This document shows, piece after piece, positions 28,387 to 36,542 of a DNA stretch of 64,000 bases. Origin of the DNA: an uncultured Acidobacteriota bacterium (GTDB lineage Bacteria > Acidobacteriota > UBA6911 > RPQK01 > JAPXNP01); contig CAVZRV010000007.1 in the NCBI GenBank assembly GCA_963777605.1, positions 736,001-800,000 of the forward strand, read 5' to 3'. Below the pieces are notes generated by a model that was not told where the DNA came from, did no database searches, and was given only the letters and a program-made list of their open reading frames with translations. The position numbers and the translations under genes are program-made. The stretch's first letter is position 1, and each line of letters starts with the position of its first letter.

Positions 28387-29730
28387 ATGGAGCCAATGGA
28401 ACAGGTACTGGAACAACTGCGCGACGCCCTGGAGCGAAAGGATTACTCCAGCGCTGCCCAGCTCATTGCCGGTTACCGGGCTCCCGATCAGGCTGAGTTC
28501 TTCTCGGAACTCGAGGACGACGAGCAAGTAGCCCTGCTTCCCGAACTCTCGCCTGAGGCGTCCGCCGACATCCTTGAAGAACTGGACAACGAACAGGCTG
28601 CGCAGTTGATCGAGGCCCTGCCGGACGAGACCGTCGTGCGAATCGTCGAAGAGATGGAACCGGACGAGGCAGCCGACGTTCTGGCAGAATTGAATCCGGC
28701 TCGTGCCGAGGCCCTGGTGTCCGCACTCGAGGATCCCGACGAGGTTCGCCCCCTCCTCGTACATCCGGACGAAAGCGCCGGCGGCCTGATGACCTCCGAG
28801 TTTCTCGCCCTCCGCCGGCGCATGACAGCCCAGGAGGGGATCGACGCCCTCAGGCGCTGGCACCCGAACGCCGAAGCCGTTTATTACCTTTACGTCGCCG
28901 ACCGCCAGGGGAAGCTCTGTGGTGTAGTCAGTCTACGTGAACTTGTCGTCTCCGAGCCGGACGCCTTGATCATGGAGATCATGGATTCCAGCGTGATCAC
29001 AGTCCGCGACGACATGGACCAGGAAGAGGTCGCTCGTATCATGGGTCGCTACGGCTTCATGGCCCTACCCGTAGTCAATGCCAACGGGCGGATCATCGGG
29101 GTCATCACCGGTGACGACATCATCCAGGTCATGGAGGAAGAAGCCACTGAAGACATTCAGAAGTTTGGAGGAGCCGAACCGCTGGAGCGCGGCTACCTGG
29201 ACACCTCTCCCCTCCAAATCACCCGAAAGCGAATCGGCTGGCTCCTCCTGCTCTTCTTCACCGCAACCCTGACTGGTTCGGTGCTGCGCTACTTTCAGCA
29301 CGAAGTCGAGGCGATGGTGGCCCTCGTGATCTTCATCCCTCTACTGATTGGAACCGGAGGAAATGCGGGTTCTCAGACGACTGCTACCGTCATCCGTGCA
29401 CTGGCAACTGGAGACATCGTCACTTCGGAAATATTTAGAGTTTGGTGGCACGAGGCTCGTGTCGGGATTCTCCTTGCTCTGGGAATGTCCGCAGTCGCAT
29501 ATGTCCGGGCCATCACCTGGGAGCCCAATTCATCCCTCGCCCTGACAGTTGCACTCGCAACCGCCGGGGTCGTGGTCTGGGCGACTGGAGTCGGTGCCCT
29601 GCTTCCACTACTGGCGGCGAAATTGAAGATCGATCCCGCGGTCGTTTCAGGGCCGGTCATGAGTACCCTGGTCGATGCCACCGGGTTGCTGATCTATTTC
29701 TGGACCGCACGCTGGATTCTCGGTCTGTGA
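28387..29730 (+). CDS. mgtE: Magnesium transporter MgtE
   Basis: MgtE_N, CBS pair (SAGGLMTSEF), EEATEDI, IGTGGNAGSQ, DPAVVSGPVMSTLVDATG. Confidence 0.95.
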   Translation: MEPMEQVLEQLRDALERKDYSSAAQLIAGYRAPDQAEFFSELEDDEQVALLPELSPEASADILEELDNEQAAQLIEALPDETVVRIVEEMEPDEAADVLAELNPARAEALVSALEDPDEVRPLLVHPDESAGGLMTSEFLALRRRMTAQEGIDALRRWHPNAEAVYYLYVADRQGKLCGVVSLRELVVSEPDALIMEIMDSSVITVRDDMDQEEVARIMGRYGFMALPVVNANGRIIGVITGDDIIQVMEEEATEDIQKFGGAEPLERGYLDTSPLQITRKRIGWLLLLFFTATLTGSVLRYFQHEVEAMVALVIFIPLLIGTGGNAGSQTTATVIRALATGDIVTSEIFRVWWHEARVGILLALGMSAVAYVRAITWEPNSSLALTVALATAGVVVWATGVGALLPLLAAKLKIDPAVVSGPVMSTLVDATGLLIYFWTARWILGL

Positions 29731-29941
29731 TGCGTCCGGACAACCCCCTGGCAGGGAACGCAGTTCGTCCTCGGGCAGTTCAACGAGTCCCTCGACCAGG
29801 TTAAGGCGGAAACGCCGCGATAATCGGATCGCTTGGCGGGTGGCGCACGTCTCGAATGTCCATTCCTCTGGGCGCAACATTTTGGGAGAACCCGCATCGA
29901 CGGATACAATGGAACTGTTAATGCTATGAGGAGGTTTGAGA

Positions 29942-30775
29942 ATGTCTGAAAGCGGAGGCCGAAAATGGATTCCCTGGGTTGCCCTGGGAGCCACGCTCGT
30001 GATCGTTATGGTGGTTGGCGGCCTTTTGCTGTCGAGAATTGACCGAATCGGCGAACGCATTAATGGGATGCAGGGCCGACTGGAAGAGGCCGTTACCACT
30101 GCCGATGCGGCAAGAACCACGGCCGAGTCGGCCCAGCGGAAGGCCGAGGAATCCGAGCAACTTTCCCGGGTCGCAGCCGAAGGCCGCAACCGGGCCGAGT
30201 CCGATCGCGACGAATTCCAAAAGAAGGCCTTTGAAGCACAGGACCAGGCCCAGTCGACACAGCGCAAGTTCCTTGCCGCAAAGGAAGAACTCGCAGTTCT
30301 CAGGAAAGAGCGTGACGTCGAGATGAGTCGCCTTCAAAAAGCCCTCAACCGGATTGCCGCGACTCGACGAACCAGCGACGGCCTGGTCATGAATCTGGGC
30401 ACCGATTCGATCAACTTCGACTTTGACAAAGCGTCACTCCGACCCGAAGAACGAGAATTGCTCAGTCGAATCGCCGGTATTCTTCTGACTTCGAGCGGAT
30501 ACCGGGTCCAGGTATACGGGCACACCGACGACGTCGGGAGCAACCAATACAACCTGGAACTGTCCGAGCGGAGAGCAAAGGCTGTTGAAAAGTACCTCAT
30601 AGAAGCCGGCATCGACCCCAGCATCATCACGATGAAAGGCTTCGGGAAGTCCATTCCACTCGTTCGGGGGTCCTCCAAAGAGGCTCGCGCGAAGAACCGG
30701 CGTGTTGAAATCGGCATTATCGACACAGTCATCAAGTACCACAGTCTGGTCGATGGTGACCCTTCGTCCAAGTAG
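29942..30775 (+). CDS. OmpA/MotB C-terminal domain protein with N-terminal TM and coiled coil
   Basis: TM helix, Ala/Glu/Arg coiled coil, INFDFDKA, GHTDDVG, NLELSERRA, KNRRVEI. Confidence 0.85.
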   Translation: MSESGGRKWIPWVALGATLVIVMVVGGLLLSRIDRIGERINGMQGRLEEAVTTADAARTTAESAQRKAEESEQLSRVAAEGRNRAESDRDEFQKKAFEAQDQAQSTQRKFLAAKEELAVLRKERDVEMSRLQKALNRIAATRRTSDGLVMNLGTDSINFDFDKASLRPEERELLSRIAGILLTSSGYRVQVYGHTDDVGSNQYNLELSERRAKAVEKYLIEAGIDPSIITMKGFGKSIPLVRGSSKEARAKNRRVEIGIIDTVIKYHSLVDGDPSSK

Positions 30776-30881
30776 TGCCTTTATTCACTGGAGATCGCAC
30801 CCAATCTGACGAGAAACTGGCGCTCGGCGACGCTTTTTGGATAATATACCTGCGATATTCCTTTCCGAAAGAGCGCTGACA

Positions 30882-31949
30882 ATGGTCCAGAAGTCACATC
30901 TGTCTGATCTGGATGAACGCTCACGAAGCGTTTTGCGTACGTTGATCAAGGAACACGTGCGCTCGGGGCGACCTGTCGGCTCGAGACGCCTTTCCAAGAT
31001 CTATCATGAGCGCCTCAGTCCGGCCACCCTGCGCAACGTCATGGCGGACCTCGAAGATGCCGGGTACCTTTCCCAGCCGCACACTTCCGCAGGGCGGGTT
31101 CCGACCGCGGAAGGGTACCGTTGCTTCGTTCGACAGCTCCTCAAGTCTCGAGAGTTGTCTTTCCTCGAGTCAGGCGAAATCAGGAAATGCCTGGAGGAAA
31201 AGAGCGATCCGACAGATCTGATGTCGACTGCCTCCCAACTCCTGTCCAGCTATACCAACAACATTGGCATCGTGCTGGCACCTCGGATCTTCCGGGCTGT
31301 GATGAAACACATCGAGTTCGTTCGCCTTTCCGAGCGGCGGGTGCTGGTAATACTGGTCAGCAAGGCCGGCCTGGTTCAGCATCACATGATCCGCCTCGAC
31401 GAAGCCATCGCCCAATCCGAGTTGGATCAGGCTGCGAACTACCTGACGGCAAACTACGCCGGCAGGAATCTGCTCAGTATTCGGGCGGAATTGGTGCGGC
31501 TCATGTCGCAAGAGCGCGCCCTTTACGATCGCCTGCTCCGGAACGTGGTTCTCCTGGGAGCGGCCGCTCTGGGACCGGACGACAGCGAGGCCGAGGCCGA
31601 ACCTCAGGTTTTTCTCGACGGCACATCCCGAGTGCTGCATCGCATCGACGGGGCGGATGTTGAACGTCTGATTGCGCTGTTTGAGACCCTGGAGGAGAAG
31701 AAGCGTCTCGTCCAGATCATTTCGGAATGCATTACGGAGGGTTCCTGCAGCCCTTCGGTGATCATCGGACTCGAGCAGCACATCCCAGGGATGAGCAACT
31801 GGTCGCTGATAACGTCTTCCTACCGGTATGATTCCCACGTCTCGGGTACGCTCGGGATTCTGGGACCCTCCCGGATGGAATATGACCGCGCCATCGGTCT
31901 GGTCGATTATGTGGCACGGCTTTTTGGGCAGATTATGGACCCGAACTGA
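30882..31949 (+). CDS. hrcA: Heat-inducible transcription repressor
   Basis: PVGSRRL, LSPATLRNVMADLEDAGYLSQPHTSAGRVPT, GILGPSRMEY. Confidence 0.95.
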   Translation: MVQKSHLSDLDERSRSVLRTLIKEHVRSGRPVGSRRLSKIYHERLSPATLRNVMADLEDAGYLSQPHTSAGRVPTAEGYRCFVRQLLKSRELSFLESGEIRKCLEEKSDPTDLMSTASQLLSSYTNNIGIVLAPRIFRAVMKHIEFVRLSERRVLVILVSKAGLVQHHMIRLDEAIAQSELDQAANYLTANYAGRNLLSIRAELVRLMSQERALYDRLLRNVVLLGAAALGPDDSEAEAEPQVFLDGTSRVLHRIDGADVERLIALFETLEEKKRLVQIISECITEGSCSPSVIIGLEQHIPGMSNWSLITSSYRYDSHVSGTLGILGPSRMEYDRAIGLVDYVARLFGQIMDPN

Positions 31950-32084
31950 ATCGGGATTCCTGGTTTACTTGCATATCGCCCCCGCAAATCTTAAGAAAAG
32001 AGCGTAATAAAGGTGAAGATGCAGTGTGCCCGCCGAGGGAGATCTGGCTCTTGCGGGCGGACAGAGCTCAAGGGATAGGAGTCA

Positions 32085-32714
32085 ATGGCTAAATCGGATA
32101 AAGGAAAGTCCCGGCAGAGTGATTCGGTGATCGGCCTGAACCTTCGGCAGGCGTCGGAGGACTCACAGGTGCTCGAGTCGGATAATACGCCGGTGGATTC
32201 GCAGCCGGATGAAGCGGTCGTCACCCAGGCCGGTGAAAGTAACCCGCTGGCGACAATTGAAAGAGAACGAAACCAGTACTACGATCTGCTCCTTCGGAAG
32301 CAGGCAGAGTTTGAGAACTTCAGGAAGAGAACCGCGCGCGAGCGCGAAGACACTCGGACGATGATTCGAGCGGAGATCCTTGGAGAGCTCTTGCCGATCG
32401 TCGATGCCTCGGAAAAGGGCATGGAGGCAATGAAGGCTCAAAACGTCCCGGAGAGCTGTCTCGCCTTCCAGGACGGCTACGAACTCCTTTTGCGCCAGTT
32501 GCAGAACTTGCTGGAAAAGTTCGAAGTGACCCCGGTCCCGGGAGTTGGGTCCACCTTTGATCCGAACGTGCATGAAGCTGTGTTGCGGGAAGTGACCAAG
32601 GATTTCAGCGAAAACGAAATCGTCGAGGAATACCGCAAGGGATACCTGATCGGGGACCGCCTGCTTCGGCCTTCCCAGGTTAAAGTCGCTGTCTGGCCTG
32701 AGGAGGCTGAGTAA
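32085..32714 (+). CDS. grpE: Nucleotide exchange factor GrpE
   Basis: AEFENFRKR, FDPNVHEAV, KGYLIGDRLLRPSQVKV. Confidence 0.95.
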   Translation: MAKSDKGKSRQSDSVIGLNLRQASEDSQVLESDNTPVDSQPDEAVVTQAGESNPLATIERERNQYYDLLLRKQAEFENFRKRTAREREDTRTMIRAEILGELLPIVDASEKGMEAMKAQNVPESCLAFQDGYELLLRQLQNLLEKFEVTPVPGVGSTFDPNVHEAVLREVTKDFSENEIVEEYRKGYLIGDRLLRPSQVKVAVWPEEAE

Positions 32715-32754
32715 CGCGGGCCGGAGCCGGCCCCGACGTGAAGGAGTCTGACAT

Positions 32755-33870
32755 TTGAAGCGAGATTACTACGAAATTTTGGGAGTGGACCGTAATACTT
32801 CACAACAGGAGATCAAGAGCTCCTACCGCAAGCTGGCGGTTCAATTCCATCCCGACCGGAACGGGGGCAACAAGGAGGCTGAAGAGCGCTTCAAGGAGGC
32901 AGCCGAAGCTTACAGTGTGTTGAGCGATCCCGAGAAACGCGCGCAGTACGACCGTTTCGGACACGCCGGGATTGGTGGCGGAGGCTTCGGTGGATTCGAT
33001 CCGGACATCTTCTCCGACTTCAGCGATGTCCTTGGTGATTTCTTCGGCTTCGGGGACATCTTTGGTTCATCCCGCAGGCGGCGCAACCAGCCCCAGCGAG
33101 GTGTAGATCTCCGGTACGACCTGACCGTTGAATTCGAGGATGCAGTCTTTGGGAGTAAGGCCAAAATCCGGATCCCCAGGTCTCAGACCTGCGAACAGTG
33201 CAAAGGGACCGGCGCGGATCCGAACCATGGCACTTCGGGCTGCTCCACCTGCGGTGGTTCCGGCCAGGTCCGTTTCCAGCAGGGCTTTTTCACGATCAGC
33301 CGCACCTGCAGTACCTGCCGGGGCACCGGCCAGATTATCAAGGAGCCCTGTTCAGCATGCCATGGAAACGGGCGGATCCAAAAGGAGAAGATCCTCGAAC
33401 TGAGGATCCCCGCCGGGGTCGAATCCGGTTCCCGTTTGAGGGTCAACGGCGAGGGTGAATCAGGCTTCAATGGAGGGCCTCCCGGGGACCTCTACGTCGT
33501 CATCACCGTCAAGGAGCATCCCATCTTCAAGCGGCAAGGTGACGACATCTACTGCGAGACCCCTCTGACCATTACCCAGGCCGCCCTGGGCACCGACGTG
33601 AAGGTCTCCACACTCGAAGGAGAGCAAAATCTGCGTATTCCCGAGGGCACACAGACCGGTGCAATCTTCCGGTTGAAGGGGAAAGGAGTGGTCAACATCA
33701 ACGGCATGGGGCGGGGCGATCAGCACGTCCGCGTTGTGGTCCGTACTCCTACCAAGCTGAGCCGGCGCCAGCGCGAACTCCTTCAGGAACTCGACAACGA
33801 ACTTCCTGCCGTGAATCAGGTTGAAGCCAGTGAAGGCTTCTTTGATCGCGTCAGAGAAATCTTTGGTTAG
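32755..33870 (+). CDS. dnaJ: Chaperone DnaJ
   Basis: RDYYEILGV, HPD, G/F region, four CxxCxGxG repeats; TTG start after AAGGAG. Confidence 0.97.
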   Translation: MKRDYYEILGVDRNTSQQEIKSSYRKLAVQFHPDRNGGNKEAEERFKEAAEAYSVLSDPEKRAQYDRFGHAGIGGGGFGGFDPDIFSDFSDVLGDFFGFGDIFGSSRRRRNQPQRGVDLRYDLTVEFEDAVFGSKAKIRIPRSQTCEQCKGTGADPNHGTSGCSTCGGSGQVRFQQGFFTISRTCSTCRGTGQIIKEPCSACHGNGRIQKEKILELRIPAGVESGSRLRVNGEGESGFNGGPPGDLYVVITVKEHPIFKRQGDDIYCETPLTITQAALGTDVKVSTLEGEQNLRIPEGTQTGAIFRLKGKGVVNINGMGRGDQHVRVVVRTPTKLSRRQRELLQELDNELPAVNQVEASEGFFDRVREIFG

Positions 33871-33872
33871 CA

Positions 33873-34757
33873 TTGGCCCAGGAAGACTCTCCTCGACAAC
33901 CCGATCAGTACTGCTGTGTGGAAGCAGAGCTCCCACTTTCGTTTCGGGAACTGTTCGTCGAATGTCTATGGGACCTCGGCACTCTCGGAATTGAGGAATT
34001 GGAGTCGGATACCGGGGGCCGTTTTCTCGCCTATTTTGAGGCGGGGCAATCATTGAAAGTGCTGCAGTCCCAGATCGAATCCAGCCTTCTCGAGATGGGC
34101 TGTAGCCAGGGGAAGATCTGGTACCACCGTCTCAAGTATGACGAATCGGCGTGGATCGAGAAATTCAATGCCTCCTTTGTCGGATTCGAAGTCAATCCGA
34201 CCTTTTGGGTTTACCCCCCGTGGGATCATCCCTCCAAGAATCACCTCGTCAACATACTCCTGGAACCGGGGCACGGCTTCGGCACCGGGACTCACGAATC
34301 GACCCAACTTGGGATGGGCGCCATTGAAGGCTGCGTTGAATCCTGTTCGACTCTGCTCGACTTTGGCACGGGAAGCGGCATCCTCACCGTAGCGGCAAGT
34401 AAACTGAAGCCTGAACTGCGCACGCTATCATTTGATATTGATCCCAATGCAGTCAATGCCGCCGCCCGTACCCTGGAACTCAATGGCCTCGACCAGTCTC
34501 CCCTCTTCGTCGGCGAAGGTTGCTCGGTGACTCGGCAGTTCGACGTGGTCGTGGCCAACCTCACCGCGGCAATCATCTTCACCGTGGCAGCTGACCTGGA
34601 GCGCCTCGCCTCCCACTATCTGATCGTTTCCGGGTTTACTGCTTCGGAGATTGAATTCGTCAGCAGCTTTCTGCTCCAGTCAGGTACCTTCGCTGAAAAG
34701 GAACGTTGGGTAAAGAACGACTGGATATGCCTTCTCCTTGAGCGATGCGAAGAGTAA
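33873..34757 (+). CDS. prmA: Ribosomal protein L11 methyltransferase
   Basis: EPGHGFGTGTHEST, LDFGTGSGIL, VVVANL; follows dnaJ. Confidence 0.9.
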   Translation: MAQEDSPRQPDQYCCVEAELPLSFRELFVECLWDLGTLGIEELESDTGGRFLAYFEAGQSLKVLQSQIESSLLEMGCSQGKIWYHRLKYDESAWIEKFNASFVGFEVNPTFWVYPPWDHPSKNHLVNILLEPGHGFGTGTHESTQLGMGAIEGCVESCSTLLDFGTGSGILTVAASKLKPELRTLSFDIDPNAVNAAARTLELNGLDQSPLFVGEGCSVTRQFDVVVANLTAAIIFTVAADLERLASHYLIVSGFTASEIEFVSSFLLQSGTFAEKERWVKNDWICLLLERCEE

Positions 34758-35515
34758 TTGCCCAGTCTGTCAGCGAAAGCCAGGTCATCCTGGATCCCGA
34801 AGAGCAACAGCACCTCGTACGAGTGCTTCGCTTGAGAACCGGGGATCTCTTCGAGGCGATCGACTCGCAGGGTCGCCGATTCAGGTGTCAGCTCGCCAAC
34901 GATCGCGGCAGTTGGTACGGGATAATCTCCGAAATGTCCGTTGCTACATGGGAATCCCCTTCGTCCATCATCCTGGCACAGGCACTGATCAAACGGGACA
35001 AGTTCGAGTGGGTGGTTCAAAAGGCCGTCGAACTCGGCGTGACCGGGATTCATCCCCTGATCACGACCCGAACCGAAATCGAATTGAACGAGCGTCGCAC
35101 TGATCGCAAGATGGAGCGTTGGAACCGCATCCTGTCCGAAGCGGTCAAGCAGTGCGGAAGGACCCGGGTCCCGGCGCTTTACGAACCCGCCTCTCTACGA
35201 GAGGTGCTCCCGGAGATGACGGGGATCGCCCTGCTGGCACCCGATGAAGAGGGCACCAGGACGCTGGCGAACTGGATTTCGACAGTGCATCGCCCCTGCT
35301 CGTGTTGTCTCTTCATCGGGCCGGAAGGCGGATGGGATGAGGAGGACCGGGCCCTCTTTCAGGAATTCAATGTCACCCGGGTCCGCATCGGCCCGCGGAT
35401 CCTGCGGGCGGAGACCGCGGCAATCTGCAGCCTGTCCCTCCTCCAGTACGAGTTGGGCGACTTGAATGCTGCTCCCGAGTCGTTTCAAATTGACTACCAG
35501 CCCTTCAATCAATAG
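34745..35515 (+). CDS. rsmE: 16S rRNA m3U1498 methyltransferase
   Basis: HLVRVLR, QKAVELGV, EAVKQCGR, IGPEGGW, RILRAETA. Confidence 0.95.
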   Translation: MRRVIAQSVSESQVILDPEEQQHLVRVLRLRTGDLFEAIDSQGRRFRCQLANDRGSWYGIISEMSVATWESPSSIILAQALIKRDKFEWVVQKAVELGVTGIHPLITTRTEIELNERRTDRKMERWNRILSEAVKQCGRTRVPALYEPASLREVLPEMTGIALLAPDEEGTRTLANWISTVHRPCSCCLFIGPEGGWDEEDRALFQEFNVTRVRIGPRILRAETAAICSLSLLQYELGDLNAAPESFQIDYQPFNQ

Positions 35516-35529
35516 ACTCCGCATCGGCC

Positions 35530-36366
35530 ATGAATTCTAACCGCTTCTTCCTTCTTGTCGGGATGCTCCTTCTCGGGACCAGCTTCGCTACCGCGCAGAA
35601 TCGCCCGCTCTTGACAGAGTGGACCGATACGGTTCCAGTCGGGAAACTTCGAACAGAACTCGGCTTCGAGTTCCTTCAAAATGTGCGCTTCAACCTTTCC
35701 GGGCTTGAAGGTGACCTGACCAACCTCGGGATCCTGGGTTTGCGTGCCGGTGTGGGAAAGCGGGCTGAAGTCTCGATAGCCTGGACGCCACAACAGTTCC
35801 TGAATGTAGATCGGCGATTCGATGCCCCTAACAGCTCCCTCCTGGACTTTTCCGGGAATTCGACCAGCGACTTCGGGAATATCCTCCTCGGTACCAAGCT
35901 TAGATTTGCCGACGAAAGTGGCTCCCGCCCGGCAATCGGGTTCGCTTTCGGTGTCGAGTTGCCGAACGGCGCTACTGAAAAAGGGATCAGCACGGACGAG
36001 ACAAACTTCTCTTCCCGTCTCCTCCTCCAGAAGAAGATTGGGAAGCTACAACTCCTTTCTAATCTGGGCCTTGGTATCCTGGGCGATCCGCTCTCGGCAG
36101 GATCCCAGGACGACTTGTTCCTTTACGGGCTGGCCTGTGTCTATGCTCTCCAGGATGACCTCAACATAATCGCTGACTGGAACGGACGGGCGGGAGCGGG
36201 CGGGATTGGAACGGAGGAGCGTTCGAGCCTGCGACTCGGCGCGCAGGTCAACGCGGCTGGACTTTACTGGGATGCCGCCTTCATTCTCGGCTTCAAGGAT
36301 ACGGATCCCGAGACCGGACTCACAGTGGGACTGTCGAAAGACTTCAGCATTTCCTGGTTCAAATAG
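35530..36366 (+). CDS. Secreted outer-membrane beta-barrel protein (MetA-pathway transporter-like)
   Basis: Signal peptide, RPLLTE, DFGNILLGTKLRF, VELPNG, alternating beta-strand pattern. Confidence 0.6.
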   Translation: MNSNRFFLLVGMLLLGTSFATAQNRPLLTEWTDTVPVGKLRTELGFEFLQNVRFNLSGLEGDLTNLGILGLRAGVGKRAEVSIAWTPQQFLNVDRRFDAPNSSLLDFSGNSTSDFGNILLGTKLRFADESGSRPAIGFAFGVELPNGATEKGISTDETNFSSRLLLQKKIGKLQLLSNLGLGILGDPLSAGSQDDLFLYGLACVYALQDDLNIIADWNGRAGAGGIGTEERSSLRLGAQVNAAGLYWDAAFILGFKDTDPETGLTVGLSKDFSISWFK

Positions 36367-36542
36367 CCACCCCTCGACCGATGCGATCCTCGGGACGATT
36401 TGCCCGCCAGTCTGCAGGAAGGCGGCAAGTGGCCGACCGTCCCGGCCACCTGCTTTGCTGCCTTATCGCCGGATGCCTGGTGTCCCGTTGCAGGGGTCGG
36501 CCAAGGGGGTGCGAGCCATTCCCTGCGATCTGTGACGGGACA

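Noticed and set aside
29731-29935. 205-nt intergenic region with a GGCG-GAAA-CGCC tetraloop hairpin as a possible ncRNA or c-di-GMP riboswitch
   Set aside because: Only a 4-bp stem; the rest of the GEMM consensus is missing
30817-30879. CIRCE-like half-sites CTGGCGCTC and GAGCGCTGA upstream of hrcA
   Set aside because: Spacer is 45 nt instead of 9 and both halves are degenerate
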